Assembly: GCF_009914755.1 (NCBI RefSeq)
Contig: NC_060929.1
DNA length: 64,000 nt
Direction: 5' to 3' (one strand)
Source of the DNA: the human T2T-CHM13v2.0 reference genome, Homo sapiens
How positions within the stretch are numbered: position 1 is the stretch's first letter; the number at the start of each line of letters is the position of its first letter. The position numbers were made by a program, and so were the translations under genes. Below the pieces are notes generated by a model, which worked only from the letters and a program-made list of their open reading frames with translations, was not told where the DNA came from and ran no database searches. Of this stretch, positions 16,230 to 30,960 are shown one piece after another.

Positions 16230-17600
16230 ACCTCCACCCCCTCCAAGAATTTAACTCCTCCCACCCTTCTCCCCGGAACCCCGTGCCCCGTGTTCACAAG
16301 AGAAGAGGGTGACACTGCGACCCTTCCTGGACTCTGACCCCCACCCGTCCGCCCTGCGGACGACCCTCGCTCTAACTGCGCCGGGTCGTTACCTGGTTCC
16401 CGCCCGCCCCGTCTCGGCTAGGAGCCGCGGCCCGCCGCGGGTCGCAATCCAGGCCCCAGGCCCGATCCCCAGCGCTGGCCCAGGCCCCACCCCCTCGACC
16501 CCCAGCGGCCCGGCCCTCCCCTCGCACTCCTTCCCCCCTCCCACCATCCACCGCAGCCACTTCCGCCCGTCCTCCGGAAGTGGGCCCCGGCAACGCAGCG
16601 TTCCACATCCCGCCCATTTTTCTACCCAACGTCCCCAGCCCGTCACCACCGCCACCACGGGAGCGAGGGAGGTGGGTCTGCAGGGCCTGAGACTGTTCTA
16701 CAGCCACTGTTCACAGGGCTGAAGAACAGGTGTGGGCAGAACCAGGTTGTGAGAAGGAAGCCGGGCGCAGAGTAGCGGCCGTACAGGAGGGGGAGGGGCA
16801 GAAGAGACTGGCCAGCAGCGGAAGCGCGCGGCAGGTGGAGCCGCGCGGGAAGAAGCACGCATGCGTCGCGGGGGGGTTGGCCCTTGGGGTGCTGGGCGGA
16901 GCTTGGGAGGGGCGAGGACGCTGAAGTAGGGGCGGAACCTGTGCGGTGCAGCCCTGCCCTCTCCCTCCGCCCAAAGGTCGCCCAGCGACGGCCTGCTTGA
17001 CCTGGTTTCTCAAAAAGGGTGACCCCCCCCCTCCGCCCCACGCTGGTCGCGGGTCCTGGCGAGAAGCCTTTCGGAAAGCACCGGGGCCTGTGTGTTCCCG
17101 CTTCCTCGGACGCGAGCTCTGTGTAGCCGTGGTGGAGGAAGGTTTTGTTTCGTTCATCGCTGCTGTTTCTCGCTGCCTCTCTTGACGAGGCAGGGCCCTT
17201 GCAGGGTGCGCCCGCGCTGCCCTCTGACAGGTGCTGTTGGTACCTGCGGCCGGGCCCGCCGTCGCCGGCGCGTGAACGGCCTGCCCGAGGCTGCCGGGAG
17301 GAGGGCTGCCTGGCCGGCGCGGCCCTTCCCGTCGTGCCCCGGGCTCCTCGGAAGCAGCCTCCCGCTCCTTCAGACGTCGGACTCCTGAGTTTCGAACCTG
17401 CCCCGCGGTTTCCCCCTCACGCTGAATCCAGGGGAGCCGCTACTCGTTTTTGAAGTTCCTATGCAGCCCTCTCCCGACATGTTCGAGAATCTTGCCGGAC
17501 TGGGGATGGATTTGCAGCCTCCGTGTTTGCCCCCACGGTTCGAAAACCGGAATCTAGGCCCGGTCTCCTGGCCTGTGTTCTGTCGTGGGATTTCTCCAGA
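16230..17600. promoter_or_regulatory. CpG island / alternative, possibly bidirectional promoter
   Basis: CpG-dense. Paired ETS/GABP-type sites (CACTTCCG ~16558-16565; CCGGAAGT ~16573-16580), NRF1-like CACGCATGCG ~16856-16865, and GC boxes. Confidence 0.75.
16393..16570 (-). other. MGAT1: Candidate alternative non-coding first exon of MGAT1
   Basis: Minus-strand donor CAG|GTAACG (plus cgttac 16387-16392) downstream of the ETS pair. The TSS is approximate. Confidence 0.45.
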
Positions 17601-18901
17601 GCACGGACTGACTTAACATTTCCATTACTGGGAATGTAATGGTTGCTGCGTCAGGACTCTGGAGATGATTTTTTTATTTGGAACGATATAATTTTTGGAA
17701 TTTCCTTAAAGGGAAAAATACATATTGCTTAATTATATTGCTTGGGATATATTATTGCAAGGAAGAAGAAAATAAGACCCTTTCTTCCCCCACCTTCAAA
17801 CCTTCTCCGCCCACCTGTCTTTCCCATGGGCATTAATGGCGGCTCCATTTACTCAGGCCAGAACCAGAAGAGCCAGCTTCACTCTCTCACCCCCTCTACA
17901 CAATCTGACTAGAAATCCTGTTGACCCTACCTTCAATCTGTGTCTAGGATGCAACACCTCAACATGTCCACACCCCCCTTCATCCCTCACCTGAACACCT
18001 AGGTCTCCCTGCCCTCCCTACCCTCCCAGTCGCTGGGTTTCCGTACAGCAGCCACAGGGATCCTGTCGTTTCTGTGCTCCAAACTGCACAGCGGCTCCTC
18101 AGTTTACTTGAAATAAAACGCCAAAGTCCTTACAATGGCTGCAGAGCCGGACAACCCACTGGCCTGCCTAGCTGTCTGACCTGCTCTCCCCTTCCTCTGT
18201 TAGCTGCATTGGCCTCTGCACCGGCTGTTGTCTATTTGTAAAACACCCCTTCCAGGCATTTCCAGGACTGAACCCTTCAGCTCTTTCAAATCTTTCCTCC
18301 CATGTCACCTCAGTGAGGCCTTTCCTGACCAACCTGTTTAAACCTGCCCCTGACCCAGAGCACTGCTAGTCTCCCTTGGCCTGCTCCACTTTTCCCAGGA
18401 CGCTCACCACTTCCTGAAATACTCGCCGGGTTTACCATGTATTGTCTGTCTCCCACTACTAGAATTTAAGTTCCCTGAGTGGAGGCACATTTGATTTTTG
18501 ATTGCTATATCCCGGTGGCTGCAACAGTTGGCTGGCCCATGGTAGCAGCTCAGCACACATTTGTGGAATAAATGAACCAATGAATGAACTTGAAAAGCTA
18601 CTTTCACCGCAGAGTATTCCCCTTCGGGCTTCTCTCACATGGAAATATATGAACATAGGTATAAGCACAGTATACAGATTTTGCATTATGATTTCTAATC
18701 ATACCATAGAGACTTTACATATTTCTAAGTATTTTCATAATTATAACCATTTTTACTTAAGTGACCTTCGATTTTTCGTGCTTGTTATAACAAGTCATAC
18801 AGAGTTGTGTAAATAAAAATTTGTCTCCTGTCCCCCTCTCATCCCACCCTGCTGAAAGGAACCACTTTTAAACTAGTGGATATCTTTCCAAATATTTTTT
18901 A

Positions 18902-18942
18902 TACACACGCACACACACACAGGCACACACACACACACATAC
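18902..18942. repeat. Imperfect (CA)n microsatellite
   Basis: Seen directly. Confidence 0.9.
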
Positions 18943-20967
18943 ATAACAGGTACAAATTTCACAGTCCAAAGACAGATATTCCTGAATTGTAACTTTATTT
19001 TCTATAATTCGAGTCAATTTGTATTTTAGGTCTTTCCTCCCATAGTAGAAAAATGAAATCTAGTTTATTTAAGGTAAATGTTAGTATGTAATGATGTTTA
19101 TTTATTAATGAGCAATTACAATTTAATTTCAGTTGCTTCAGAATTTACTAATGCCCTTCTCTCCTTTTCACCATATAATTGCCGGTTTTAAAAAATTATT
19201 AAAAAATATGCAATAATTACAGGAAAATATAAATGATAAAATAAAAAAGCAAAAACCACCTGTAAAACCAGCAGCTAGAAATAAGTTTATGAAAAATATA
19301 CTTCTATGGCATTTTTAATGACCAAGTGGCATACTATTATACAAATGTACCATAATTATCTCCCCTATTTTTGTACATTTGGGTTGTTTTCAACTTTTCA
19401 CTTTTGCAAAATTACTTGTAGCTAAATCTGTGTGCACGTCATTTTTTTTTTTTTTAGGATAAAGTCTGGGAACTCGTGTCGAAAGGTGTGCTCATTGTTG
19501 AAGGCGTTTGTTTGATATGAAAGATACACAGAAAGATGGCACAGCTTTGACACCAACTTTTCTCCACACCCTGCACTGTCACACCATTTTTTGTCATCTT
19601 TGTTAATATGATAGAACGATGGTTTTGCATTGTTGTTTTAAGTTTTATTCCACTAATTGCTAGTAATGTTGAACCTGTTTTTATGCATCACTTTTGCAGA
19701 TTGCCTACAGCATATCTTTTGCCCACTTGGATTCATCTTTGTCTTATTCATTTGCAAGAACTCTTTATAGAATATCAGCCCTTTGTTACCTATGTTACAG
19801 CAATTTTCCCAGTTTGTCATTTGCTTTTTAAGTCTGTTTATGTGCTCTTTTGACATTGCAGTAGTCACCGCTAGCTGGGCCAAAAGTCTGGTCTTGCTGT
19901 ACATACTGCCTTCAGAATAAACACTTAGGAGTAAGCTAGAGATTTTTGTTATCAGTTACTCCACCTAGAGGACCAGCAGGTGGAGTCTCCATGGGCAGAG
20001 TCTCGCGGACTGTCATTTGGTGTGGGGTGGCCAAGAGGGACTGAACATCTGGAGAACATGGTTGTCGGGCTCTTTATACCAGTGGACCCCTCTTTCCTAT
20101 GGAAGCCTCGCATCTCCATCAGAAGCAGCAGTAAAATGGCCTCTGCTGTCTTCTGCCTTTCAAGTCTAACTCAAGGGCACCTGAGTAGGTGAACCTAATT
20201 GCAAGGGAGTTAGATATGTAACCTATTCAACTAGAAAGAAGGTAGCCAGAGGGGCTACCTACAGTCCCCACCAAACTTATGTATCAGGGCTTCCCATCCT
20301 GGCTGTTGAATTACCTATTCTGGCAGCTGTTCCAGTCAATACAGCTGATAGTAAATTTTAATAACTGGCAGTAAAAGTCTTCCCCAGTAACCCTGATTTT
20401 CAATGTTTTGTTGGCCATTTTCACACATTTTTTCAGGTGTATATTTTTTCACACTATTTGTTCAGATGATCATTGTAATTCATTTCAGAAACTAGATATC
20501 TCTTGTAATTTCCTGGGCTTCTCCTTACCCTGGCGAGTATTCTTTGTACCGATTTTAGTCTGAAGTCTGGTAGGTACAAAAGTTAGTTTGTGTATTTGCT
20601 ATTTGTTAGGTGCCCTTCATCCTGGTATTTAAAATTCTGGCCCATAAAGAAACAACCACACTCACTTGTTCCCTCAATCTTATTGTGCCTCTTGGCAGCT
20701 TCTGACATTGTCAACCGCTCCCTTCTTCTGACACACTTCTCTTGACTCCCACGCCAGCACGCTCTCTGGGGTTCCCCCTCCTCTGGCTGCTCCTCCTCAG
20801 CATCCTAGCAGGCTTCTCCCTTTTCTCTCTTTACCCACCACTTGCTGTACAAATGCGGAGTTCCCTAGGGCTCTTTCCTGGGCCCTTGTGTCTTCTCATT
20901 TTACACTTTCTTTCGAGATGATCCCACAGAAGTCACATGGCTTCCAGTATCCACTCCATGTCAAAGA

Positions 20968-21680
20968 TACTTAGTCTGTTTCTATTGCTTATGACAGAAT
21001 ATCTGAAACTGGGGTCGGGTGCAGTGGCTCACGCTTGTAATCTCAGCACTTTGGGAGGCTGAGGCGGGTGGGTCATGAGGTCAGGAGTTGAAGACCAACC
21101 TGACCAAGATGGTGAAACCCCATCCCTACTAAAAATATAAAAATTAGCCAGGCGTGGTGGCAGGTGCCTGTAATCCCAGCTACCCCAGAGGCTGAGGCAG
21201 GAGAATCGCTTGAACCCGGGGGGGCGGTGGTTGCAGTGAGCTGAGATCGCGCCACTGCACTCCAGCCTAGGCGACAGAGTGAGACTCTGTCTCAAAAAAA
21301 AAAAAAAATTAAAAATTAAAAACAAGGAATATCTGAAACTGGGTAATTTATAAGGAAAGGGAATTTATTTCTTACAGCTCTGGAGGCTGAGAAGTCCAAA
21401 GTTGAGGGGCTGCATTTGGTGAGAGCCCTCTTGATGGTAGGAACTCTCTGCAGAGTCCTGAGGGGTTCAGGGCATGACATGGCAGGGGGACTGAGCGTGC
21501 TAAGGTGCTAGCGCAGGTCTCTCTTCCTCTCTTATAAAGCCGCCAGTTCTCCCATGATGAATCCATTCATTAGTGGGAATAGAGCCTTCATGATCCAATC
21601 ACCTCTTAAAGGCCCCACCTCTCCATGCTGCCACTCTGGGGATTAAGTTTCAACATAAGTTTTGGAGGGAACACCCAAAT
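20968..21680 (-). mobile_element. MST-type MaLR LTR interrupted by an Alu
   Basis: ttagtctgtttctattgct...ctgggtaatttataagg...tttggaggga. The Alu inserted with a 17-bp TSD gaatatctgaaactggg (20997-21013 and 21327-21343). Confidence 0.8.
21013..21326 (+). mobile_element. Alu (S-like) nested in the MST LTR
   Basis: Full dimer with TSD. Confidence 0.92.
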
Positions 21681-21777
21681 ATGCATGCTCAAGTCCCTTC
21701 TCTGTGCTCCAGGCCCACATGTCCAATTCCCTGCTTGCCCTCCCAACTCAGTCCCCTCACAGATACCTCTGACTCAC

Positions 21778-21970
21778 GTGTCCAAAGTGAAATTTGCAGT
21801 GCTCCTCCCAGCTCCTCTCTCAGCAGTCCCGTTCTCAGGAAATGGCAGGCCAGAAGTCTTCCACAACATTCCCACATCCAGTCAGTCAAAAGCCTCCGAA
21901 AGCTTGTCTCCCGGTTATTTCGTGGCTCTTTTCCTCCACCCTCTCCTTTGACCTGGCCAATACCCTCCTG
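21778..21970 (-). other. Candidate distal alternative first exon (non-CpG promoter)
   Basis: Donor CAC|GTGAGT (plus actcac 21772-21777). CRE-like TGACGTGA at ~22180 upstream. Consistent with my recollection of a distal MGAT1 start; weak support. Confidence 0.3.
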
Positions 21971-22396
21971 AAACTCCTTCCTCTTTTACGTCTCTTTTCA
22001 TGTGTGATTCATTAGATCCACTAAGTTCCACCCCTAGAAGGAGAGGGTGGACTTTCCTGCAACACTGAAGACAAATTTCCCTCTTCCCCTTTTTCATGTT
22101 CCCTGTGACTTTTTAAATTAAAAAAAAAAATTCTTTTTTGTTTTGGCCCTGAGTTGCACTGTAAATACAGGACTGAAGATGACGTGACAAACCCAGACAT
22201 CGCCATGCCTAAGGCGTAGAGCTGAAGACTTTTTATGTGTCATAAGGAATTCTAGCAAAACCCAGAATATTCAGCAGGAACATGGAATGGAGTTGGGGTG
22301 GAAGATACAGAAATTTCAGTTCCATTCAATCATGGGGTAACAGTTACCTAAGTCCCCTAAAAAATCACAGCACTTTCTCGCCTCATTTTACAATGA

Positions 22397-22814
<418 letters not shown>

Positions 22815-25624
22815 TTACCTTAAAATAATCATATATTTCTATATTAGTGCAATTCAATGAATATTTATGGGTGGGCTCAGATCCTGGCTCCTCTCATTTC
22901 CGTGGACTCCAGGGATCCAGTTTCCTCTTCATAAAGCGAGGATAATGAAATCTGTCCTTCACCCCTGGCAAGGCACTCATGAGGATCAGGTGAAACCATG
23001 TGTGTGGGAACCCTTTTAAAACCGCAAAGAGCTGCATAAACATCTGAGGGCTTTAGGTTCGCAGATACAATCGGAAGGCGCCTGGCGCTGCTGGGCATTG
23101 AGCTTCCAGGGGGCACTTGGTGGAGAGCCCTGCACTCCCCTCCCTGAGGAAGCAGTTCCCATAGTTCCCGTTTCCCACCTGGCCTCTCCTTTTCAGGGCT
23201 CCTAAAGAGTGATCTTCACAGAGAAAGCCAGTCTGTTTAAACGATATTGTAAGTTCTGAATATCACCAGGTCTATTTTTTAAGTCTGAATTTACATTTAA
23301 ATCAGGAGCATTTGTCCAGGCCAGTAATTTTTCAGCCCAGCTCCTCCAGACGGTGTGTGTCCATTACCAGTGAGAATTTGAAACCTTCCTGACGCCAGGA
23401 GGCTGAGGTTTTCCTGCACTGGGCCTCCACTTGTGTGTGGAAGGGGAGGGGCGGCAGGGAGGCAGGAAGAGGGGTATGGAGGGAGAAGGGTGGGAGAGGA
23501 AGGTCAAGGAAGCACAGTTATAAATAGAAGCGTCTTTTGCCTTCAAGATATTTCAGGTCACATGGAGAAAGGAAATTCACTCTTAAGAAATAACAAAGAA
23601 ACAAAAGACTGAAGTCAATTCAGAAGTGCTGACACAAAGACCGGTTTGGAGGCAGTAAAATTAATCAGGATTGCCTCCTGGGAGTAGGTGGGTCACCACA
23701 AGGTCTTGAAAGCAACCAGGGGAAAAAGGAACTCCTGGTTTGGGGATCATAAATCTCTCTTCAAGAACAACCAAACTCCAGTATGAGTATTTACGCTCCT
23801 TATCATCTAAGCTGGGTCTGAGGTCAGGAGCTTGGATTCTGGTCTTCATTCCAGGGTCCAGCTCATCACAGACCCTGAGCAAATTCTTTACTCATCTCCT
23901 TGTGCAGGAACAGTTGAAAAGTACTTTGGGGAAAACCAGTTTTAACTATTACTCCCAAACCTTAATTAGAACTGTATAATTCTTTATCTTTTGTGAAATG
24001 AGTTTTAAACTAGAACAACCATTGTAATTATTAGAAACATTTTAAATAATTGTCAGTAATAATCTTCATTCGTCATAAAAAGGGAAACACATCTATTAAT
24101 CTTTCAAAGCACAGTTCTCTGATCTTTTTCCAGGTGTATGATTCACTCTTTTCTACCTTATTTTGTGACAAAATGTGGTCTGTACGAGGCCCCCACTCAG
24201 TATCAACACAGGACGCCTTCCAAAACAATGCAAGAATGTAGGTTCAAGACTGTTTCACGCCCCAGCAAGCACTCATTAGGTGGCATTCAAGGCAAGTTTA
24301 AAAAAAAGGGGGGGCGGGCACAAACTTCTGGGGGTTAATAATTTAGTACCGTGCCTGCCACTACCCAGTTGTCGCTGGTTTGTGGCAATCACAGCTGCGT
24401 TGTGTCACACCACTGATTAATTCCTAGGAACTGCTAAGGGCTGACCTTTTCAGATGACTGACCTGCCTAAATAAATCAAACCCATTTGAGGTCATGTCTG
24501 TGGGCACAGCAAGCTGACTTGCCTTCTCGAGTGGGTGAAAAACAATTGGCATTTCAGTGAGGAACTGGATGTAATACATGAAATGGCTCAGATCTACTCA
24601 GCTGGAACCCAGGTGAGGAGAATATTCTGAGTAAAAAAATCATGATTTGTTGTTTTCTGGGCTTTGGCACTATACAGAACACCACAGGCAGTTTGTTCCA
24701 GGGTAGAGGTCAGGGATGGCTGGCCTGAGGGACACACAGACCCCAGACTCATCTCCCTCTCTCAGCCAGGGCGGTAGCTCTCCCTTCACCTCCTGATGTC
24801 CTCGGACTTTATTCCCAGCTCAAATGCCACGCTCCTCGAAAGTGCAGTACGCTGTCAGGATGAGCTTTCGTTGCCCTACGTTGGAATTCACTGTGGCACA
24901 GCTGTCCCTGGCTTTCCTCCTTTTCCTATTTCTCAGTCCCACAGCAGTGTCTTGAGAGGACTTGGGTGGATGTGCAGCAGCTGCAGGGATGAAGTAGACA
25001 GGAGCAGCCATGGAAGAAACTCAGGTTTCAGTGAAGCACTATGAGGAGGTCCTCCCAGGGAGGCTGTGGAATCAAAATGTTAAAAGGGGTAGAAAAAAAG
25101 CGAGCTACAAGATGAAGATTTTGCCTACCACGTTTTGAGAAAATTTAAAAAGATAAGCGATACAGTGAATGAGACAGGACTTTCGGCTAAAATCGGAGTA
25201 AAATTTGTAGATTCCAGTAAACCAAATCCCTAGAGAAGAGTCCCAGCCAAGACAATGTTAGAAACTTGGTTGCAAATTGTACAAGTTTGAACTGAGAAGG
25301 CCAAGTTTGTGGGTTAATGGAAAAGAGAAAAATAGGCATCCCAAGAAGGATACATTGTTTTCCCATTAAAGAAGCAAGGAAATACACTTTGAAAAGTAAA
25401 TATGGGAAAGAATGAGGTTAGGGCTACACAGAGATGCCATGGCACACTGGTTATCTCCCTTGGGTTCAAATGCCAACTGTACCACAATGCTGTGTGCCCA
25501 CGGGCAAATTCTTAACCTCTCTGTGCCTGTTTCCCCACCTGCCACATGGAAGATTTATAATGGCCACCTCATGGTTTTATGAAAGTTGGAAGAGTTGTCA
25601 GCCATGGTGTCTGGCACATAGTAC

Positions 25625-25910
25625 TGTTATATTATTTTATTATATAACAATTTATATTATTATTTTATTATATTATATATTATAAATTATATATTATATT
25701 ATATATTGTATATAATTATATACTATATAATATAATTATATATTGTATATAATTATATAATATATAATATAATTATATATTATATAATATTATATATATT
25801 TTATATATTATAATTATATATTATAATTACCTATATTATATAATATATAATTATGTTTTATATTATATTATATAGTATAATACAAATTATATGTTATATA
25901 TAAAAAATAA
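25625..25910. repeat. AT-rich low-complexity tract (TATAA/TATAT degenerate repeat)
   Basis: About 290 bp almost entirely A/T, next to a MIR-like fragment (~25420-25620). Confidence 0.9.
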
Positions 25911-26201
25911 TAAAATTTGAAATATCTAGTGTCATTTATTTGGAATAAAAGAGGGAACTTTATGGATAACCTGATCAAATCCTCTGTGATTCCACAGATG
26001 AGGAAACACAATGTCATTATATGATTTTATTAATCATTCCAGACTCATTTTATTTTCTGGGTCACCGTTAAATGGCTTTCATTTACTTAAATCTTGTCTT
26101 CCAATATGATTCTTGAATGCAAGAACTTGTGTCTTAACTGTGTGCTCCTAACAGTGTTAGGCACACATAGCAGAACTTAAATACTGGTTAGATTTTTTTA
26201 A

Positions 26202-26593
<392 letters not shown>

Positions 26594-28540
26594 GCAATGT
26601 TTTTGTTAAATACCAGTTTGATTTGACTTTTTTTAAACTCTAATGCCAATTTAAAAGATCCAGATGGCCCTGGCAGAAGAGTCTGGATGAGCAAGCGTTA
26701 ACAAAGGGTGATAAGGCCTCAGAAGGCATTGTGGCCAGGCAGAGAGAGAGAGGAGAGAACCAGTGAAGAAAGACTCGGTTCTTTGGAAGGAGGCCCTGCA
26801 AGGCCCTGGAGCCCAGCCCACGGTCCTGGTTGCCAAAGACTTGGAGAAGTCTTGTCCAGGAGGTGACGTTCATCCTTGCCTCTAGCCAAAGGTTAAAGGA
26901 ACAGCCTGAACAGGAGGAAGGCAGGGAAGAGTGCAGCGCTTCATGATAACATCGGTGTGCGAGCAATTCCACACAATAACTGACCTTCTGTTGAGGGATG
27001 GGGTGTAGGGTGGGAAAAAGAAGAATAACAGGAAAAACCAAGCCCAAAGGTCCTGATCCTGAGGGGATGGACAGACCTGGCCTATGTGGGGCAGAGAGTG
27101 GGCTTTGATGGAAAGGCAAGAGTCTGGTAGGCGGGTGGGGTAGGGTGGGGATCAGAGTGTATTGCCTGAATTTAGTCTCATAAAACTTGTGTGTGTGTGT
27201 GTACACTGGCTGATGGTCCTCCTGAACTGTAGTCACAGTCCAGAATGCCTGAAGCACCTGATATGATAATGAAACTCGCAGGGTGTTCTTTGTGAAAACG
27301 ATGTTGGGTCAGCAGCCAGGTGTTAGTTTCACACTCACAGGTGAGGGAAAATCACTCTTCTGGAACCACCCTACCTTGTCACTGAGTCTACAGTCCCAGC
27401 ATACAGACGGCAATGCTTCCTTTAATTTGGGGTTCCCAGTTTTAGTTGGTTGTAATCACTTTCTAAAAGCATACACTGGACACATTGTTGCCTGGAGTCT
27501 TAGGCAGTAAGTGATAATGTTGGGCAAGAGGCACTGTCCAAATGGCCATGTGATTTTTTTGTTTATTTCTTCCTTTAAAGGGAAGACTGAAATCCTTGAA
27601 GATTACTTGACGTAAGTCCTCAGAACCACCCCAAATGGTTTTGAAAGATTTATAACTTCTCTCATGTGCTCAGTATATGATGCTCTTACTTAGGAAGAGG
27701 AAGAAAAAATGTTTACAGTTTCACTTTGAGCTTTAAAAAATTCCTATAACAATTAGCTCTTGATTCAGAAATTATAAATAAAACTGTTTTATTTTCCAAT
27801 TTACTGAAACATTGTGTCCTGTAATGTTTTAGTCTTCATTGGTCCAGGGATTTAATTTTAATCTTGCACTTTTTTGTAGAAAACAGCTTATGAATCTTAA
27901 CTCTAAATATTTATTGTTCTGTACCAATTGTACTGATCTCTTATGTTGGAGATTTGCATTCATGCGTGGATGAAATGGATTTGCCATTCTTTATTAGTGG
28001 ACAATAATGACTGACCACGGAATTGGGTATAAGTACAGGCTTTAAAGGCAGAGAAACCTACATTTGAAATGAACCCTGTTATACAGGAACACTATGACTC
28101 TGAAAGGCATATGAATACTTGGAGCCTCAATGTGCTTAGCTGTAAAATGGGAACAATCAGATTATCTACTTTACAGAGCTGTTGTGAGGCCTATATAAAG
28201 CCTTGCGTGGCTGAGATAGTGCTAGTAGTACCCACCAAATCCCCTCTCAGTTTCCTCTTCATGAACATAACACTACATTTGCCACCAGTTTGAGTCCATG
28301 TGACGGCTCTAGCCAATAAGCCACCATATAGATACATGTTGTAGGTGATGCAATTACAAGATAGAGGAGGGTTGTCCAATCCACAAAGGACCTTATGTGA
28401 GCAAGCGATCGGCCTTTTATTTGTAAAGCCACTGAAATTTGAGGTTTGTTTTTTTTTTTTTTTTGTGCTACGGGAGCATTGTCTAGCTTACCCTAATACA
28501 TTGGACATATGATAAACAATTGATAAATTTTGGTATTGAA

Positions 28541-30960
<2,420 letters not shown>

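Noticed and set aside
26640-27257. 205-aa minus-strand ORF
   Set aside because: No domain similarity, includes a microsatellite, and has no clear exon structure.
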